Assembly: GCF_000143415.4 (NCBI RefSeq) | Contig: NW_003314327.1 | Location: 666,438 to 730,437, forward strand | Direction: 5' to 3' | DNA: 64,000 nucleotides | From: Selaginella moellendorffii | Lineage: Eukaryota; Plantae; Lycopodiophyta | Shown here: positions 51,345 through 63,036 of the stretch, piece by piece | How the letters are laid out: each line of letters begins with the position of its first letter | How positions within the stretch are numbered: position 1 is the first letter of the stretch | Translations under genes and position numbers: made by a program | Notes under the pieces: generated by a model | What the model saw: only the letters and a program-made list of their open reading frames with translations | Told to the model about the DNA's origin: nothing | Database searches by the model: none

Positions 51345-53924
51345 TTGTTGTGCATTTCTGAACAGGCGAGGAATTGCGTTCTTCTTCCAGCCACTGTCAA
51401 TGTGGATGCAGAGAAGGGGGAGGAGCTCACCAGTTGGACTTTCGGGATGGAAGGCGAGGATCTGAGGCTGTACAACACAGATGGTGGGAGAAAAGAATGC
51501 ATGGGGATCCTCATCCAAGTGACAGACACTCCATGCAGTTCCATGCAAGAATATGGACTGGCACTTGTGGTAGAGACAGCGTCCGCCTTCAAGATCCACC
51601 TTGCACATCCTAGCGGCTTCCCGGAGGGGGGCAGCGGCTATGAGGAATTCCTAGAGGGAGCTAGGGAGAGGTTGTCCAGGAGGCCCACAATTTCAAAGAC
51701 GCTGCGGGTCTATGAAGATCACATGGAATCCACGGACCTCACCTACGGCGATGTTCAAAAACTATATTCCAACATTGAGCCGTTGAGAGTGCCTCCAGTT
51801 TGCGAAGCGAAGGGGAAGGGGGTCGATCTGGAAACTACCCCGAAGCAGAAAAGGGTGGTCAAGCTCAAGCCGACGTCCGACTCTGCTGCTCCAAAAAAGA
51901 AGCTACTCGGTGATGCCATTGCCTCGGGTTCGAACACTACACCCACCAAAAAGAAGAGCTGCAAAGAGCAGAAAGAGCAAGAAGAGGCAGCAAAAATCGT
52001 CGCAGATAATAGTACTTGTTACTATTCCAACAAAGTATATACAATCGACGTGAGCCGTATCGAGATCCAAAGCAAATACAACCACAGGCTAGTATCTGAT
52101 GAGTGGGTGGAGAAACTGAAGCAGAAGATGCTGGCAAGTCCAGTAACACCCGACATCGCAGACGTGATCCCCTACTACCGAACAATGAAGGGCGAGACGA
52201 GGTTTCCAGACTTGATCAATAGGAAGGTGTTGGACGATCAGAACATCCGGTTCTATGCCGTCTTCGGGCAGCATTCTAGCTTGGCGATGCAACAGATAGT
52301 TGTGGATATTATGGTGGGCGAGGAGGTGAAGAAAGTCTTCAAGACAAGAGTTGTCCGCCTGATAAAAGGCAACTCGCCCCTCCGATCTATCATATACATC
52401 TCCCACGCGCAGAATGTCAAGCAAGAAACGTGCTACAAATCGGGTCTGCACGAGACATTGGCACGAACACGGAAGCTCTGGGTTCAACTGAAGAAGCCAC
52501 AAAAACCAGGACAAGGACGTGCACTAGCAACTAGCGCCTGGCAGGTAAGCCTCGTTGCATGTGGCATAGCATGTGGCCTCACGCCATTTCCATTGCAGGA
52601 ATTCTCGAGTCTTCTCTCGAAAACACTGGGGGTCAATGACACACTCAGCATCCATAACATTCTACTCGCGACAAAAGTTGTTTTTGACAAATGGGTAGAT
52701 GTGCTAAGGAGGTACCATGATGGGGAGTTGCTAAACTCAATGGGTGTGGAGGACGGCCGGAAGCCCAATGATTTGAAGCTCAACGCCTTGCGTTTCTCGC
52801 GGTCTCTAGACAACGACGACCTTCTGACAGTGGCTAATGCTCTTCTACGTGGTGAGGTAGTCTTCAACAAGACCAAAATGACTCCCGGCCATATTGTGGC
52901 ATACGAGGACTTGTGCACGACTCTGAGAGCTCGTGCGCTATTGAAGGATTGGATCTTCGAGCAAGTGGCCGTGGCGAGGGTGAGCATCGACACCACGCAA
53001 GAGATGATGGAAGAGCTGGAGTTGTCAAATGAAGACATCGACGAGTACGTGAAGGGGGCCCCCAAGTTCATCGATCTGCTGCGGGATGCCACGAAAAGTA
53101 AAGCTGAGAAGTTGGATCAGTATCCAAATTTCATTAAGAGGGATGTCGACCGCCGGCTTCAGAAACAGCTCGACCCCGCAGCAGAGGCCTATCGAGAACC
53201 TTACCGGGTATACGTGAATTCGGATGAGGATCAAAAGTGGAGGAGCATCGTTTCCCGCGGAGATGAGCAGGTCAAGAACATCTTTTGTGTGATGGACTTC
53301 ACAAACGAGGAGATCACTCATGCAGACGAAGTCAGCTCCATCATTGACTTAATGGTGGGACTTGCGGAGGTGGAATCTTCAGTCCACTATATGATCTACG
53401 ACTCTGAATCCTATCACAAGTTCTGGAAGGCCTTGAACGAGGTGAAGGCTCGGTTGAAAGGCAAGGAGATGCGGGAGATCCATGGGATAATGGCTAAGAA
53501 GAAGATACCGATGAATGTCCGCATCTTCACAGTCGCCCTTGTTATTGGTCCTGCAGCAGAGTGGGACTGGAGTGACTTCCCAGCTTCGTTCAACAAAGCC
53601 GATCGAATTGATCTAAAGGAGGTCAATTTACCCGTGCCTGAGGAACTGAAGACGGCTATGGAGCTTTCGAATCCAAAGAAAGCTCCAGGTGCAGCATGGG
53701 AAATGCTCAGCTGGGTCTTCAACGCAATAGCGGGTGACTCCAAGGGCAAATGCGTTGTCGAGTACAACTGCGGCGGACTATTCTTTCGAGCCGCACTACT
53801 CAAGGGTGTCCCGTGTGTTGCGGTGACAAACTCCATTGAAGAGGTGACTTCAATGGAGCATATAATTATAGTTGCCAAAGAAAAACAGTATCTTCTCTAC
53901 GAACCTGGTGAGTACGCACTTTAA
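51345..53924 (+). CDS. ParB/Srx-like domain + degenerate N6/N4 DNA-MTase-like C-terminal domain protein (copy B); further 3' exons to ~55850
   Basis: YTIDVSRIEI...YNHRLVSDEWVEKLKQKM...FYAVFGQHSSLAM...HAQN (ParB/DndB-like). C-terminal KKAPGAAWEMLSWVFNAIAGDSKGKCVVEYNCGGLFFRAALLKGVPCVAV (MTase motif X-I-like). In-frame intron ~52544-52599. Confidence 0.65.
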   Translation: MLCISEQARNCVLLPATVNVDAEKGEELTSWTFGMEGEDLRLYNTDGGRKECMGILIQVTDTPCSSMQEYGLALVVETASAFKIHLAHPSGFPEGGSGYEEFLEGARERLSRRPTISKTLRVYEDHMESTDLTYGDVQKLYSNIEPLRVPPVCEAKGKGVDLETTPKQKRVVKLKPTSDSAAPKKKLLGDAIASGSNTTPTKKKSCKEQKEQEEAAKIVADNSTCYYSNKVYTIDVSRIEIQSKYNHRLVSDEWVEKLKQKMLASPVTPDIADVIPYYRTMKGETRFPDLINRKVLDDQNIRFYAVFGQHSSLAMQQIVVDIMVGEEVKKVFKTRVVRLIKGNSPLRSIIYISHAQNVKQETCYKSGLHETLARTRKLWVQLKKPQKPGQGRALATSAWQVSLVACGIACGLTPFPLQEFSSLLSKTLGVNDTLSIHNILLATKVVFDKWVDVLRRYHDGELLNSMGVEDGRKPNDLKLNALRFSRSLDNDDLLTVANALLRGEVVFNKTKMTPGHIVAYEDLCTTLRARALLKDWIFEQVAVARVSIDTTQEMMEELELSNEDIDEYVKGAPKFIDLLRDATKSKAEKLDQYPNFIKRDVDRRLQKQLDPAAEAYREPYRVYVNSDEDQKWRSIVSRGDEQVKNIFCVMDFTNEEITHADEVSSIIDLMVGLAEVESSVHYMIYDSESYHKFWKALNEVKARLKGKEMREIHGIMAKKKIPMNVRIFTVALVIGPAAEWDWSDFPASFNKADRIDLKEVNLPVPEELKTAMELSNPKKAPGAAWEMLSWVFNAIAGDSKGKCVVEYNCGGLFFRAALLKGVPCVAVTNSIEEVTSMEHIIIVAKEKQYLLYEPGEYAL

Positions 53925-54399
53925 GTTTAAATGTTATCTCACAAGCTCTGTATGCAGGAGCGTGGCCACCCCCAGATGCTGAAACGGCGTTAACAGCTAC
54001 TGATGTTAGGCCGAGGTCACAACCTGCACAAGGTAAGGTCACGTGAGGCCTCACGCCATTTTGATTATAGATCGTTGTGAATATTCAGACACGAGGACTG
54101 AAAAGCGCACTGGTGGCGCGTCGAAGAAAGACAAACAGACAAGCAATAGGAAAAAAAGAGGTACAAATTATATTTGCAATGGCGTGTGGTCTCATGCCAT
54201 TCCTTGCAGGAGACACTTCTTCAAAGGCAAAACAGGCAAGCACCAGCCACGCTCAAACTGACAGTGGTCATAAAAAGCGAAAGCACGTTGGACAGTCGTC
54301 GGGATCAGAGGCGTTTGATTCGAAAAGGAAGAAGGGCAACGAAAAGATGATAGGTAATGCCTCGCGGTTATGGCGTGTGTGCTCATGCCATTCATTGCA

Positions 54400-55851
54400 G
54401 ATCAAGGGCTGAGTGAAAGGAGCCAGTCACCACCTTCTGACTCAGATTCCTATGGCGGACTCCCCTTCCCCAATCTCAATGGAGAGGTACAATGGATGAG
54501 GGATGCTTTTCAAGTCAGGGCCACGTTTTTCTCATCTCGTCGTCTTCGAAGGGTGCAAGAACGTGCAGAAACCATGTTAAGACAGTCGGGTGAGGATACG
54601 GTCCTAGGTCACGCACTAAAACAGGCTATGGATGTCTTGTATTTTGAGATGGAGACTCGGCCAGATGATTTTTCCAAGATGGTCCTGGAAAAACAAGCAA
54701 TCCAGCCTGAGCAGCCTATGGAAGAAATGCAAGAGGGGGATGAGGAGCCAGAGAAAGATAATGAGCAGGAAGAGCAGAAGGACGAAGAGGAGGACAAAGA
54801 AGAGGAGGACGAAGAAGAGGAGGACGAAGAAGAGGAGGACGAAGAGGACTTGGATGGTCCTCACAATGGTGACGATCACAATAACGACGACGACGATGAT
54901 GACGATGATGGCCAGCCTGAGGTGGCCAAAGAGCAGCGGAGGAAGGTCATACAAGACAAACCATCAGGTAAATAATAGTACATCCATTCCTAACCTTTTA
55001 CCATTTCTAACATTGTCCATGTAGGTCGCAGAAGAAATGGTAAGTAGAGATTATTCAGTTGAATTAAGATACAAACTCTAGCCTTTAGTGTCGAGGAAGG
55101 ATAGTGCCAAGCAAGGGTCGAAACGTATGTCCAATCCTTCAGAATCAGCAGTGCGCCCAAGTGATATCGGTCCTAGTTCCTCAATAGCAGTTGATGGTAA
55201 ATACAGTATAGTCGATTCAATGTGCTAATGAGTTTGTTTTTAGTAGCACGGGAGGATACCATCTCAATCGAAGGGAGATATTTGGACATGCATATGGATC
55301 CGCCAGTGGACTCTACTTGCCTGCAAGAGTCATCAGAGCTGGTGGAGGCTACTATCCATATCAATGCCAAGCAAGCTAACCACGCTCCACTTGATGCTGC
55401 CCATACCACTGAGTCAATCTTGTCCACGTATCCAACTGACGGTGACCAGGCGCCATTGGACCCGCATGAGGCCGCCCCAGCCGCCGAGCCGGTCGTATCC
55501 TCATTTCCAACGTGTGCCCAATCGTCTGACTACGCGCCGTTGGAACCTCCCTACACCGCCCCTGCTGCCTGTTCGGTCATGTCCACTTTGCCAACGGAGG
55601 CACCAGCTGAAATGGCGTGTGATCACACGCCATCGGAACCACCCCATGCCACTGTTGAGCCAGTTGTACCAGAGTCTACAGCTGAAATGGCATGTGCCCA
55701 CACGCCATCGGATGCGATTGACCCCACATTGCAGAGGAGAGTATTTCTGCCCTTCACGTTTCCTCGACCAAAACCCTCTGAACGACCATCGGGAGCACCA
55801 TTCACTAATATTGTAGATGGTAAAATTGACTTGTACCATTTTTTATGCTGA
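54400..55851 (+). CDS. Acidic and Pro-rich exons, probably downstream part of the copy B cargo gene
   Basis: Short GT-AG introns link the exons. Poly-E/D tract at 54720-54910. Confidence 0.4.
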
Positions 55852-55867
55852 CGCATTTCATTTCAGA

Positions 55868-56729
55868 GTCACGGCGAAAGTACTGTATCGTTTTTGATCT
55901 GAACGGTGTCCTTTTCTCCCATGAGCGTGGCTCGTCCTCGAATGTCACTGCACCCTCCAAAGCCTGCGGTCGCAAGTTGGTCAAAAGAGACAGATTCACA
56001 TTAATCACACGGGAGAAACTGCGGGATCTAATAATGACCATGCGACACTTAAAACAGAGGGCCGGGTTCAATTTGCAATTGGGAGTTTGGACATCCATGA
56101 TGCGTCACAATGCATTAACGTTGCTACAGATGATGCACGATCAGACGCAAGTAATATTACCATTTGACTTTCTCCTAACGCAGGAGGATTGCTTGACTAT
56201 GGTCCATGTGAGGGGTAGCAAGCCCATCTTCGTCAAGGCAGAGGCTGTAGTGATGAACCGGACTGCTAGGTCAAGTGAAATCCTCATCATCGATGACTCG
56301 CCGATTAAAACTGCAGCGAACACGCACACATATGCAGTGCACCCCATCTCTTGCAGTATGGAAACTAGGGAGAAGAAACCGTATGTTCTGGGGGACCTTG
56401 CAAAACGGCTTGAAGCGATGGTGATAGAGAACCGGCCAGTCCAGGAGGTGGCTGCAGAAATCAACCAAATGGCAGATGGAATGGTATATCAGAAGCCATT
56501 TGATTGGACAGACACCAGTAATCATTTATGGCATGTATATTGTCTAGCCAAGCACTATCCGCATCTCCATAATCTGCTCAACTGGATGGGTTCTTCGACC
56601 ACTGAACATGAGCGTGGACGTATTAGAGAAGAGATGGCATTACTATTGGGTTTAAATCCTGATAGTGTGGAGAGTGATGAAATTCCAAGATTATTGTATA
56701 GGCGTTGGAGGCAAAAAATAACAGTCTGA
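55868..56729 (+). CDS. FCP1/NIF-like HAD-superfamily phosphatase domain
   Basis: CIVFDLNGVLF (motif I variant), GVWTS (motif II), LTQEDC, K, ILIIDDSPIK (motif IV). Confidence 0.75.
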
Positions 56730-59700
56730 GATGGCATGTATTTATTTAAAAATGTAACTTATTATGGCATGGGGTTCCATGCCATTGTATTAATATTAAA
56801 AGACAATTCTTTGAGAGGATTTGCATTATACTAGAAGTGTTACAGCATGTTATTGGAAGTCTACGAAGTTGTTTTATTAATAAGGGGAAAGTAAAGATTG
56901 AATGGGGACTTGGGCTCCACCTAGACTCGGAGCAACTGAGCCAATATTAAAAGGATGGAAAGAAATTGGACGACGATGACAAGGAGAAGAGAGAGGTGAA
57001 GCAGTGAGAAGTGATTGAGTAGACATTTCCTTGTTTAAAATAAAATGGCATGTGCCTCAATGCAGTTGAATTTTGTTATATTTATATACTATATAAAGGT
57101 TTGGAAACCTTATTTTACAAGTGGGATAATGACAATTCCCACTTTAACGAAATAGAGCTTTTCATTGGAAGCTGTGATTCGCAACAACATTGGTGTAATT
57201 GAATGATCAGAGTTTCTTCTTTCGGGTGTAGGTGAAGGTGGACAACATTGGGATTTGCAACATTCCAAGTCGAAAGAGATTCGAGTTTTTGGATCTCCAA
57301 TCAAAGTGCGAGGCTGAGATCCTACTAAAGTGAATGTGAAGCAAGAGTCGGTCATCATCATTTCTTCCTCTTCTAGTTCTAGTGGAGATGTTAGTCCAGT
57401 GCGAGCCAAGAATTTTCAAACTCCAACTTCACTAATATTCCAAGCTGTTTGCAATGCTTTCCAATTTTCCCGCCTCTCTATCGATGTTCGTTCTTTTCTG
57501 CATAGGCCTGTTAGCGAGCTCCCATCTACATACAATGGCAATATCTTCTTTGAACCACCACCTCTTGTCAGCTCAAAACGAAAGGGGATGGAGACGAAGC
57601 AGAACGTTCACAACTGGTGCAAGATCAAGACCACACATTTCTAGCATTTCGAAGGCATAGTGTCCATAGTTCATTGTGGTGGATATTTGGATTGTGTGAA
57701 TAAAGCATGCAATCGAGAGCACGGTAAAAACTCCACATTTTTTGAAGGATTTGCAACCAATCCTCCCCTCTGTGACACCATTGGTGTTGGATTCAAGTGT
57801 CAGTTTTGCAAGAATGCTCCATTGTGTTGTGCCATCTGCGGGGCCAAGATATACTATTTTCTTCCACGGGATGGAGAGGTTGGTAGAGCTGCAATACATA
57901 TTAGCACGCACACACATCCAATGCAGGAAGGGATACAAAGGATTTCAATCAACCATTTCAAAGATGCAGTGCAAATAGAGACTATGAGAAACTCATCTGC
58001 AACTCCAAAGCATGTTCAAAAGATAGTGCTCAAGGATTTTATCGCAAATACTTTACTTAATCCGGACTGCAAGAATACTCAATTGGATGAGGCTAGCTTG
58101 CGGGAGTTACTACGACATGTGCAACCTGCAACTAGCCTCAGGAGGTATGAAAATATTATTACATACTTTTCAATAATATCTCTGTTACATTTTGTTTTAT
58201 TTAGAATAAAGTCTTGGATGTGTGAATCTCGAGAGGGGAAACTCCAATAAAAAATCAACTCAATCCTTGAACTAAAACGGACTTGTCCCTATGAGTTTAT
58301 CCATGGGAGTTTATTTTCAGATCAAGTCGTTAGTGAGCAAGAGCACCCCTTTGTTTTCAAAATGTTTACCATGGGCCCTGCTTCTAGTGTGGATCTTGTT
58401 TCCCGAATGGATATGTCTGGGTCAAGTGACCTTGCTAATGCATGAGTACATTTTGACCATATGGAGTGGGTGGCGGGTTGGACAACCATGGGAGCTCATG
58501 TGTATGATCTGAGGTATTTTTTTTTCTCATTATCTTAAAATGGTTTTAAACATTGCACTTTTCACAGGCTATGTTGTAACTTGACAATTGCAATGGCAAA
58601 GTTTAAAGTATAAGACCAAATGGCTCAGGAAATATTTTGGAAGTCCCTCTCCGACATTGTATTGAAGCAGACTGGTAAGCCTGCCAACTTTCACGGTTTC
58701 ATGGCAAATGGGGCTGGGGCTAATTGGAATGGTGTCCGGGCAGTTTTTGGGAATGGTCTACCCCTAGAAGGTCGTGAGAGGACTTGTGAGTTCCATTGGG
58801 CTTAGAGCCTAAACCAACACTGCCACCTTATCAAGCCAAATTTCCAATTAGGATTTAAGGAGTTGTGCAAACAATGACAAGTTGCACCTTATGAAGAAGA
58901 GCATGAGGTAAAAGCAAACGAGATCTGAATGTGGTGGCGTGAAGATGGCCATACTAACATAAGTTGTCTACCACAACTTGAGTCATGGTTGGGGTGGTGG
59001 GAAGTTAGAATGTTCCAATGGGGACATCACTCTTTTCAGGTTGGTTTTTCTTTTTTTCCTCTCTTTTTATTGCTTTTTAATATCATTTTTTTATAAGGAT
59101 CAACCACTTGAGGATCTTGCATACACCCCAACTGTGAATCTCTCAGAGAGTAAACATTGGAGCTGGTGTTCCTCTGAGGCAGGGAAAGGGAAAATGAGTC
59201 TATATGAAGCATGTCTATCAAATTTGATATGCGCTGTAGAGCAGTCTTCAAAAGCCTTGGCATTTGAGGAAGGAAGATACATAGGAGCAGGACCTTCGGT
59301 TGAGATGTTACACGATCGGATGAAGAAGAAAGTAACTCCACCAGCACGAACAATGGCAACTGTAGTGGAGGAAGTGGTCCGTGGCACATCTATGGAGTAC
59401 ACTCCTCGGGCTTCTATTGGTGATATGAAGACTATCCGCTCAAAGCGTTGATTTTCCTTTGCTGGTGAAGATGTTGGCACAGATCTTGGAGCAAAAAGCT
59501 CTCACAGGCCTGATGTTGAGTATCATTCTGCTCCAAGACATCACCCCAGAATCAAGTTACCTCAAGTGGCTGATGAAGAAAGTGCATCACAGTAGGTTGA
59601 AATTACTTATCATAGCGTGGAGCCGAAGCAATAGGCAATCTGTCGAGTGCTAGCAAAATCAAATGTAAGGTGTGTGGGGATGCTTCTAAAGGGCAAGTGT

Positions 59701-60749
59701 TAGGCTTGGATCCGTGGTGACAAGTCTGCTTCTGTTCCAACCCCATGTTTCCATGGGGAACGAAACTAAAACTGTTCCTACAGAGATGCATAGGAGGCTA
59801 GCGAAAAAAGGTAAGGCAATTAAATTTATTGGTACCGTCTCTAAGCAGAAGCAAGGTAAAATAAACTTGGCTCAAACACTTGAGTGTGAAATTCTCTCCA
59901 CGAAGTACATCACTGCACTCGTAAAGGAGTACATAGTCAAAATAGAAGGTGGAGAGTACACAATTGCCATTCAAGACTTTCTTTCTTGCACATGTCTAGA
60001 CTTTACAAAGCACGAGGAACATGGGAAAGTATATACTCCTTGTAAGCATATGTACTACATTTTCATCAACATCTTGCACTAGGATCCTAAAGTGGATATT
60101 CATATACACCAAGCAAGCCTTACTATTGCCGAGTTGTAGAAAACTTTTGGAGCTAATTAGATTTTCCAGCACTATCGATGTTTATTCTCTATCAATAATA
60201 TAAACTAATTATACCTTATATAATTAATAAAAATATTTTATTATTTCACTTTTCATTTCATATACTTGCGAGGTTCTTTTCGCAATACTGCCCATAGTAT
60301 TTGTGAGTCTCCATTTTTGTCTTTACCATCTCAAAAAATATTTTATAATAGTCTTTTGGGTGTATGATGTTATAATGTATTATGAGAGCATATGTACCAT
60401 TACAATTGTTCCTTTCAAATGGTTATATGTCCTTATATAGAATCTTAATTCCAATTTAATAATTTTAAAATTCTGACAAACCTAACATTTACTAGCCAGA
60501 AAGCACAGAGTACAAATTTAAAGAAGTGACAAGAATACTCTTTTTGCAAACATTTTATTTTATGTTCTAACAAACATTATATGTCCTAAACCCTATCATT
60601 GCATGTAGTAAATATTTAAATTATTAGAACAAGAGGTGTCCTTTAGAACATTTTTATCTATATAATATATAGAGAGTTATGAAATTATTAGATTTGCCAT
60701 AACTTTAAAATTTTAAAGTTTATAATGTTTGTACTAAATTACAATTGAA

Positions 60750-60799
60750 AATTGAGCTCAACTCGTGAGCTCAACTCTTCAGCTCGTGAGCTCAACTAT
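60750..60799. mobile_element. Putative terminal repeat of outer Mutator-like element
   Basis: Three GAGCTCAACT units followed by GGTCC. Matches 11685-11712. Confidence 0.6.
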
Positions 60800-61470
60800 G
60801 GTCCGCGCTCATTGATCCGAAAAGCACACGCCACATAGCGCTGGCCCTTGTGCTCCCACACAAAAGGGACACAGACCAAGGTCGGGTCATTCATATGCAG
60901 CACAATGATGCATCAAGCAGTGTCGAACAAGAATCCTTCAGGGTACTCCGCAACCCGTGTCCAAGCCCGCGAGCTTGAGTCGTAGAGATGGTAGTTGAAG
61001 GCATCTACAACCTTGAACTCTCCAGTGGCTAGGTCCACAGTCATGCTGTAGATGCGACCGGAGTGCACCTGAGGCGCAAAGCGTGGGATTCTGACCCACT
61101 CGTTGGTTGCGGGATTTCCCACCACCAACTCCACCCCGGGAGAGGCATTGCCGGCCCAAGGACGAGGCCATTGGAGGAGGCGACGATGTCAAAGGAGCCG
61201 GGTGGGAGAGGTATCTTCATCCATGGTGGGAGCGAAGAGACTCGATTTTGGTCCAAACACAGATTTGCTGTGGTCGAGGGATACGATCCCAGTTGCCATT
61301 GTAGGCAGTGAGCAGGACATAATCCTCGTCGTGCTGCTGCCTCCGCACTGCGCTAAACTCGGGGGATCTGATGATGGATCTCCATTCCTTGCAGACACCG
61401 CGGGCTGGCAACAATGAGTCCAGGCGAGTGAGAGCAGGATGCGTACCAGGAGATCATGCCCAAGAAGCTT
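60800..61470 (-). pseudogene. F-box protein gene 5' part, truncated at the element terminus
   Basis: ARGVCKEWRSIIRSPEF, IVASSNGLV, LVVGNPATNEWVRIP, FKVV, YDSSSRAWT. Contains frameshifts and a stop. Confidence 0.75.
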
Positions 61471-61652
61471 CTTGCGAACCTAAAAGTAAATATATCAGCT
61501 GTTATATATAGCCCAAACCTTTTTCATTAAATTCTGATTATTATTCTTATTATTATTTGTGGACCTAGGATAAAGGCCTACCATGGTGGTGATGGGTAAC
61601 GGGGAATTACTAAATCTTACAAACTATTAGCTTTATATATTTACATGCGAGC

Positions 61653-63020
61653 TAGGCGTTGGCGCGTCAAAGAATGCCCGCATTGCAATGTCGAGTAGAA
61701 TCGAGAGAGGCAATTATGGGGTTGTGACGATAATCAGGTGACAAGCTCCACCAGAATCGCTGCGGCCTGGACTTGAGAGTAAGCCCCACCAACGCAAGCT
61801 CACGCCCCAAACGAGAATGGCATGAAACTCAAGGGATGCTTGCACGCTGCCAAGCTCCCATTTGCAAAGCGATCGGGAATAAAGTCCGGGACTGTGTTGT
61901 ATCACGGTATTGTGCACGGATACTGCCGGCCCTTTTGGAATGAAGAGGTCGATCCAGGCTCGCTACCTTCTTCAAAATGCTATTGTAACGATCGCGGCAC
62001 TGCCCGGCAAGGCACAGGAGATTGCCCTCCACATGGCACTCCATCGCTTCACAGTAGACATCCGATGGTGCTGTAATGGCCACGATCTTCCAGGGGCATC
62101 CTTTCCACGCTGACAAGATAAAGGTCTCGACTTTCGAATCAGTCTAGATCTAGAGTGTCATGATCCAGATCTTTGCAGGGAATGGTGGCAACCATGTCCA
62201 GGCACACGCAAAGCTGACAACTGGGAGACGCTGGTTCGAAATGCTGGCACCGGAGAAAACTCTCAATGATCTTCCTGAGTTTGTGAAGCTCGGACAAGCA
62301 GGGTTTGGGGCCAGTTTTAGCACCTCGATAGCCACTGTCAAGTTTAGCCCTGGCTTTGCAATGGCGGCAAGCCAGGGATTCATCAGGTAAGTTCACGTTC
62401 TTATATATAAGCAAAACTTCATCCTCCATGGCAGGAGTGTACTATTTCTTCCTCTGAATCGCAAGAGACGTGTAGAGATTGGTTCCCGGCGGGCTCTCAC
62501 ACCCAAAAACGGAGCTGCCTCTCGAGTCACTCAAGGATTGCTACGTCGACCTGTGCCCCGCCACCTCCTCCATCCTGAGAGCGCCTCCTGGACTGTAATG
62601 CACGTCCTCTCTCGTGCCGCAGCCACTCTGTTAATTCTCCCCACGGATGTAAAACCACTCGCCAAGGAGGAGCAGCTAGAATTTCTAGAAATACAGAGGA
62701 TTCGGAACCGGAGGATTAAAGCAGTCGGGTATTTGACGGAGGCACGCGAGGACATCTTCTTCTTGAATGAAAACAGTAAAGAAGAGTTGATCATCAATTC
62801 ATGCAGGATCTCTCTCCCGTTGCCTTGTCTGGACATTTGTAACGATGGTTTTGGAATCCAGCAGCTTCAGGACAATGGGAACTCCGTTCTTGGGGAGCAA
62901 AGTCCCAGCAGCCACAGGGTTGTGACGATAATCAGGTGACAAGCTCCACCTGAATCGCCATGAAAACCATGGGATGCTTGCTCGCTGCCAGGCTTCCTTT
63001 GGGATTAAACTCGTTTGCGT
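61653..63020. pseudogene. Mosaic of P450 and neighbouring-gene fragments in mixed orientation
   Basis: Pieces match ~18225-18285 (reverse), ~15560-15780/16580-16800 (reverse), ~14705-15245 (forward), ~14550-14690 (forward) and ~14110-14545 (reverse). Confidence 0.75.
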
Positions 63021-63036
63021 GGAGCAGGAATCAAGG

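Larger units (their letters stand above)
44472..57066. repeat. Dispersed 22-bp palindrome ATGGCRTG-N6-CAYGCCAT, ~20+ copies
   Basis: Copies start at 44877, 46700, 46757, 48377, 50000, 50238, 51152, 51229, 51289, 52566, 54038, 54179, 54370, 55612, 55687, 56764 and 57045. More degenerate copies near 44472, 44788, 45285, 48990-49085, 49137, 50080 and 50374. Confidence 0.92.
44246..57160. mobile_element. Complete Sola-like DNA transposon (~12.9 kb incl. 100-N gap)
   Basis: Perfect 24-bp TIRs AAGCTCTATTTCGTTAAAGTGGGA (44246-44269; reverse complement at 57137-57160). 4-bp TSD TTCA (44242-44245 and 57161-57164). Internal DDD-type transposase. Confidence 0.88.
44132..60140 (+). pseudogene. Mutator-like (MULE DDE + SWIM) transposase of outer element, interrupted by the Sola-like element (pieces 44132-44245 and 57165-~60140)
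   Basis: ATG 44132 MEGFLLHYQD...GSIS joins in frame across the TTCA TSD to LEAVIRNNIG... and ORF 57330. Cys/His-rich N-domain (CVNKAC...CQFC...HTHP), FMANGAGANWNGVRAVFG...RTCEFHW, NLSESKH, SWIM CTCLDF...CKHMYY. Several in-frame stops. Confidence 0.75.

Noticed and set aside
44472-57066. CRISPR-like interpretation of the recurring palindrome
   Set aside because: Spacing is irregular (tens to thousands of bp), there are no uniform spacers or cas genes, and the context is eukaryotic.
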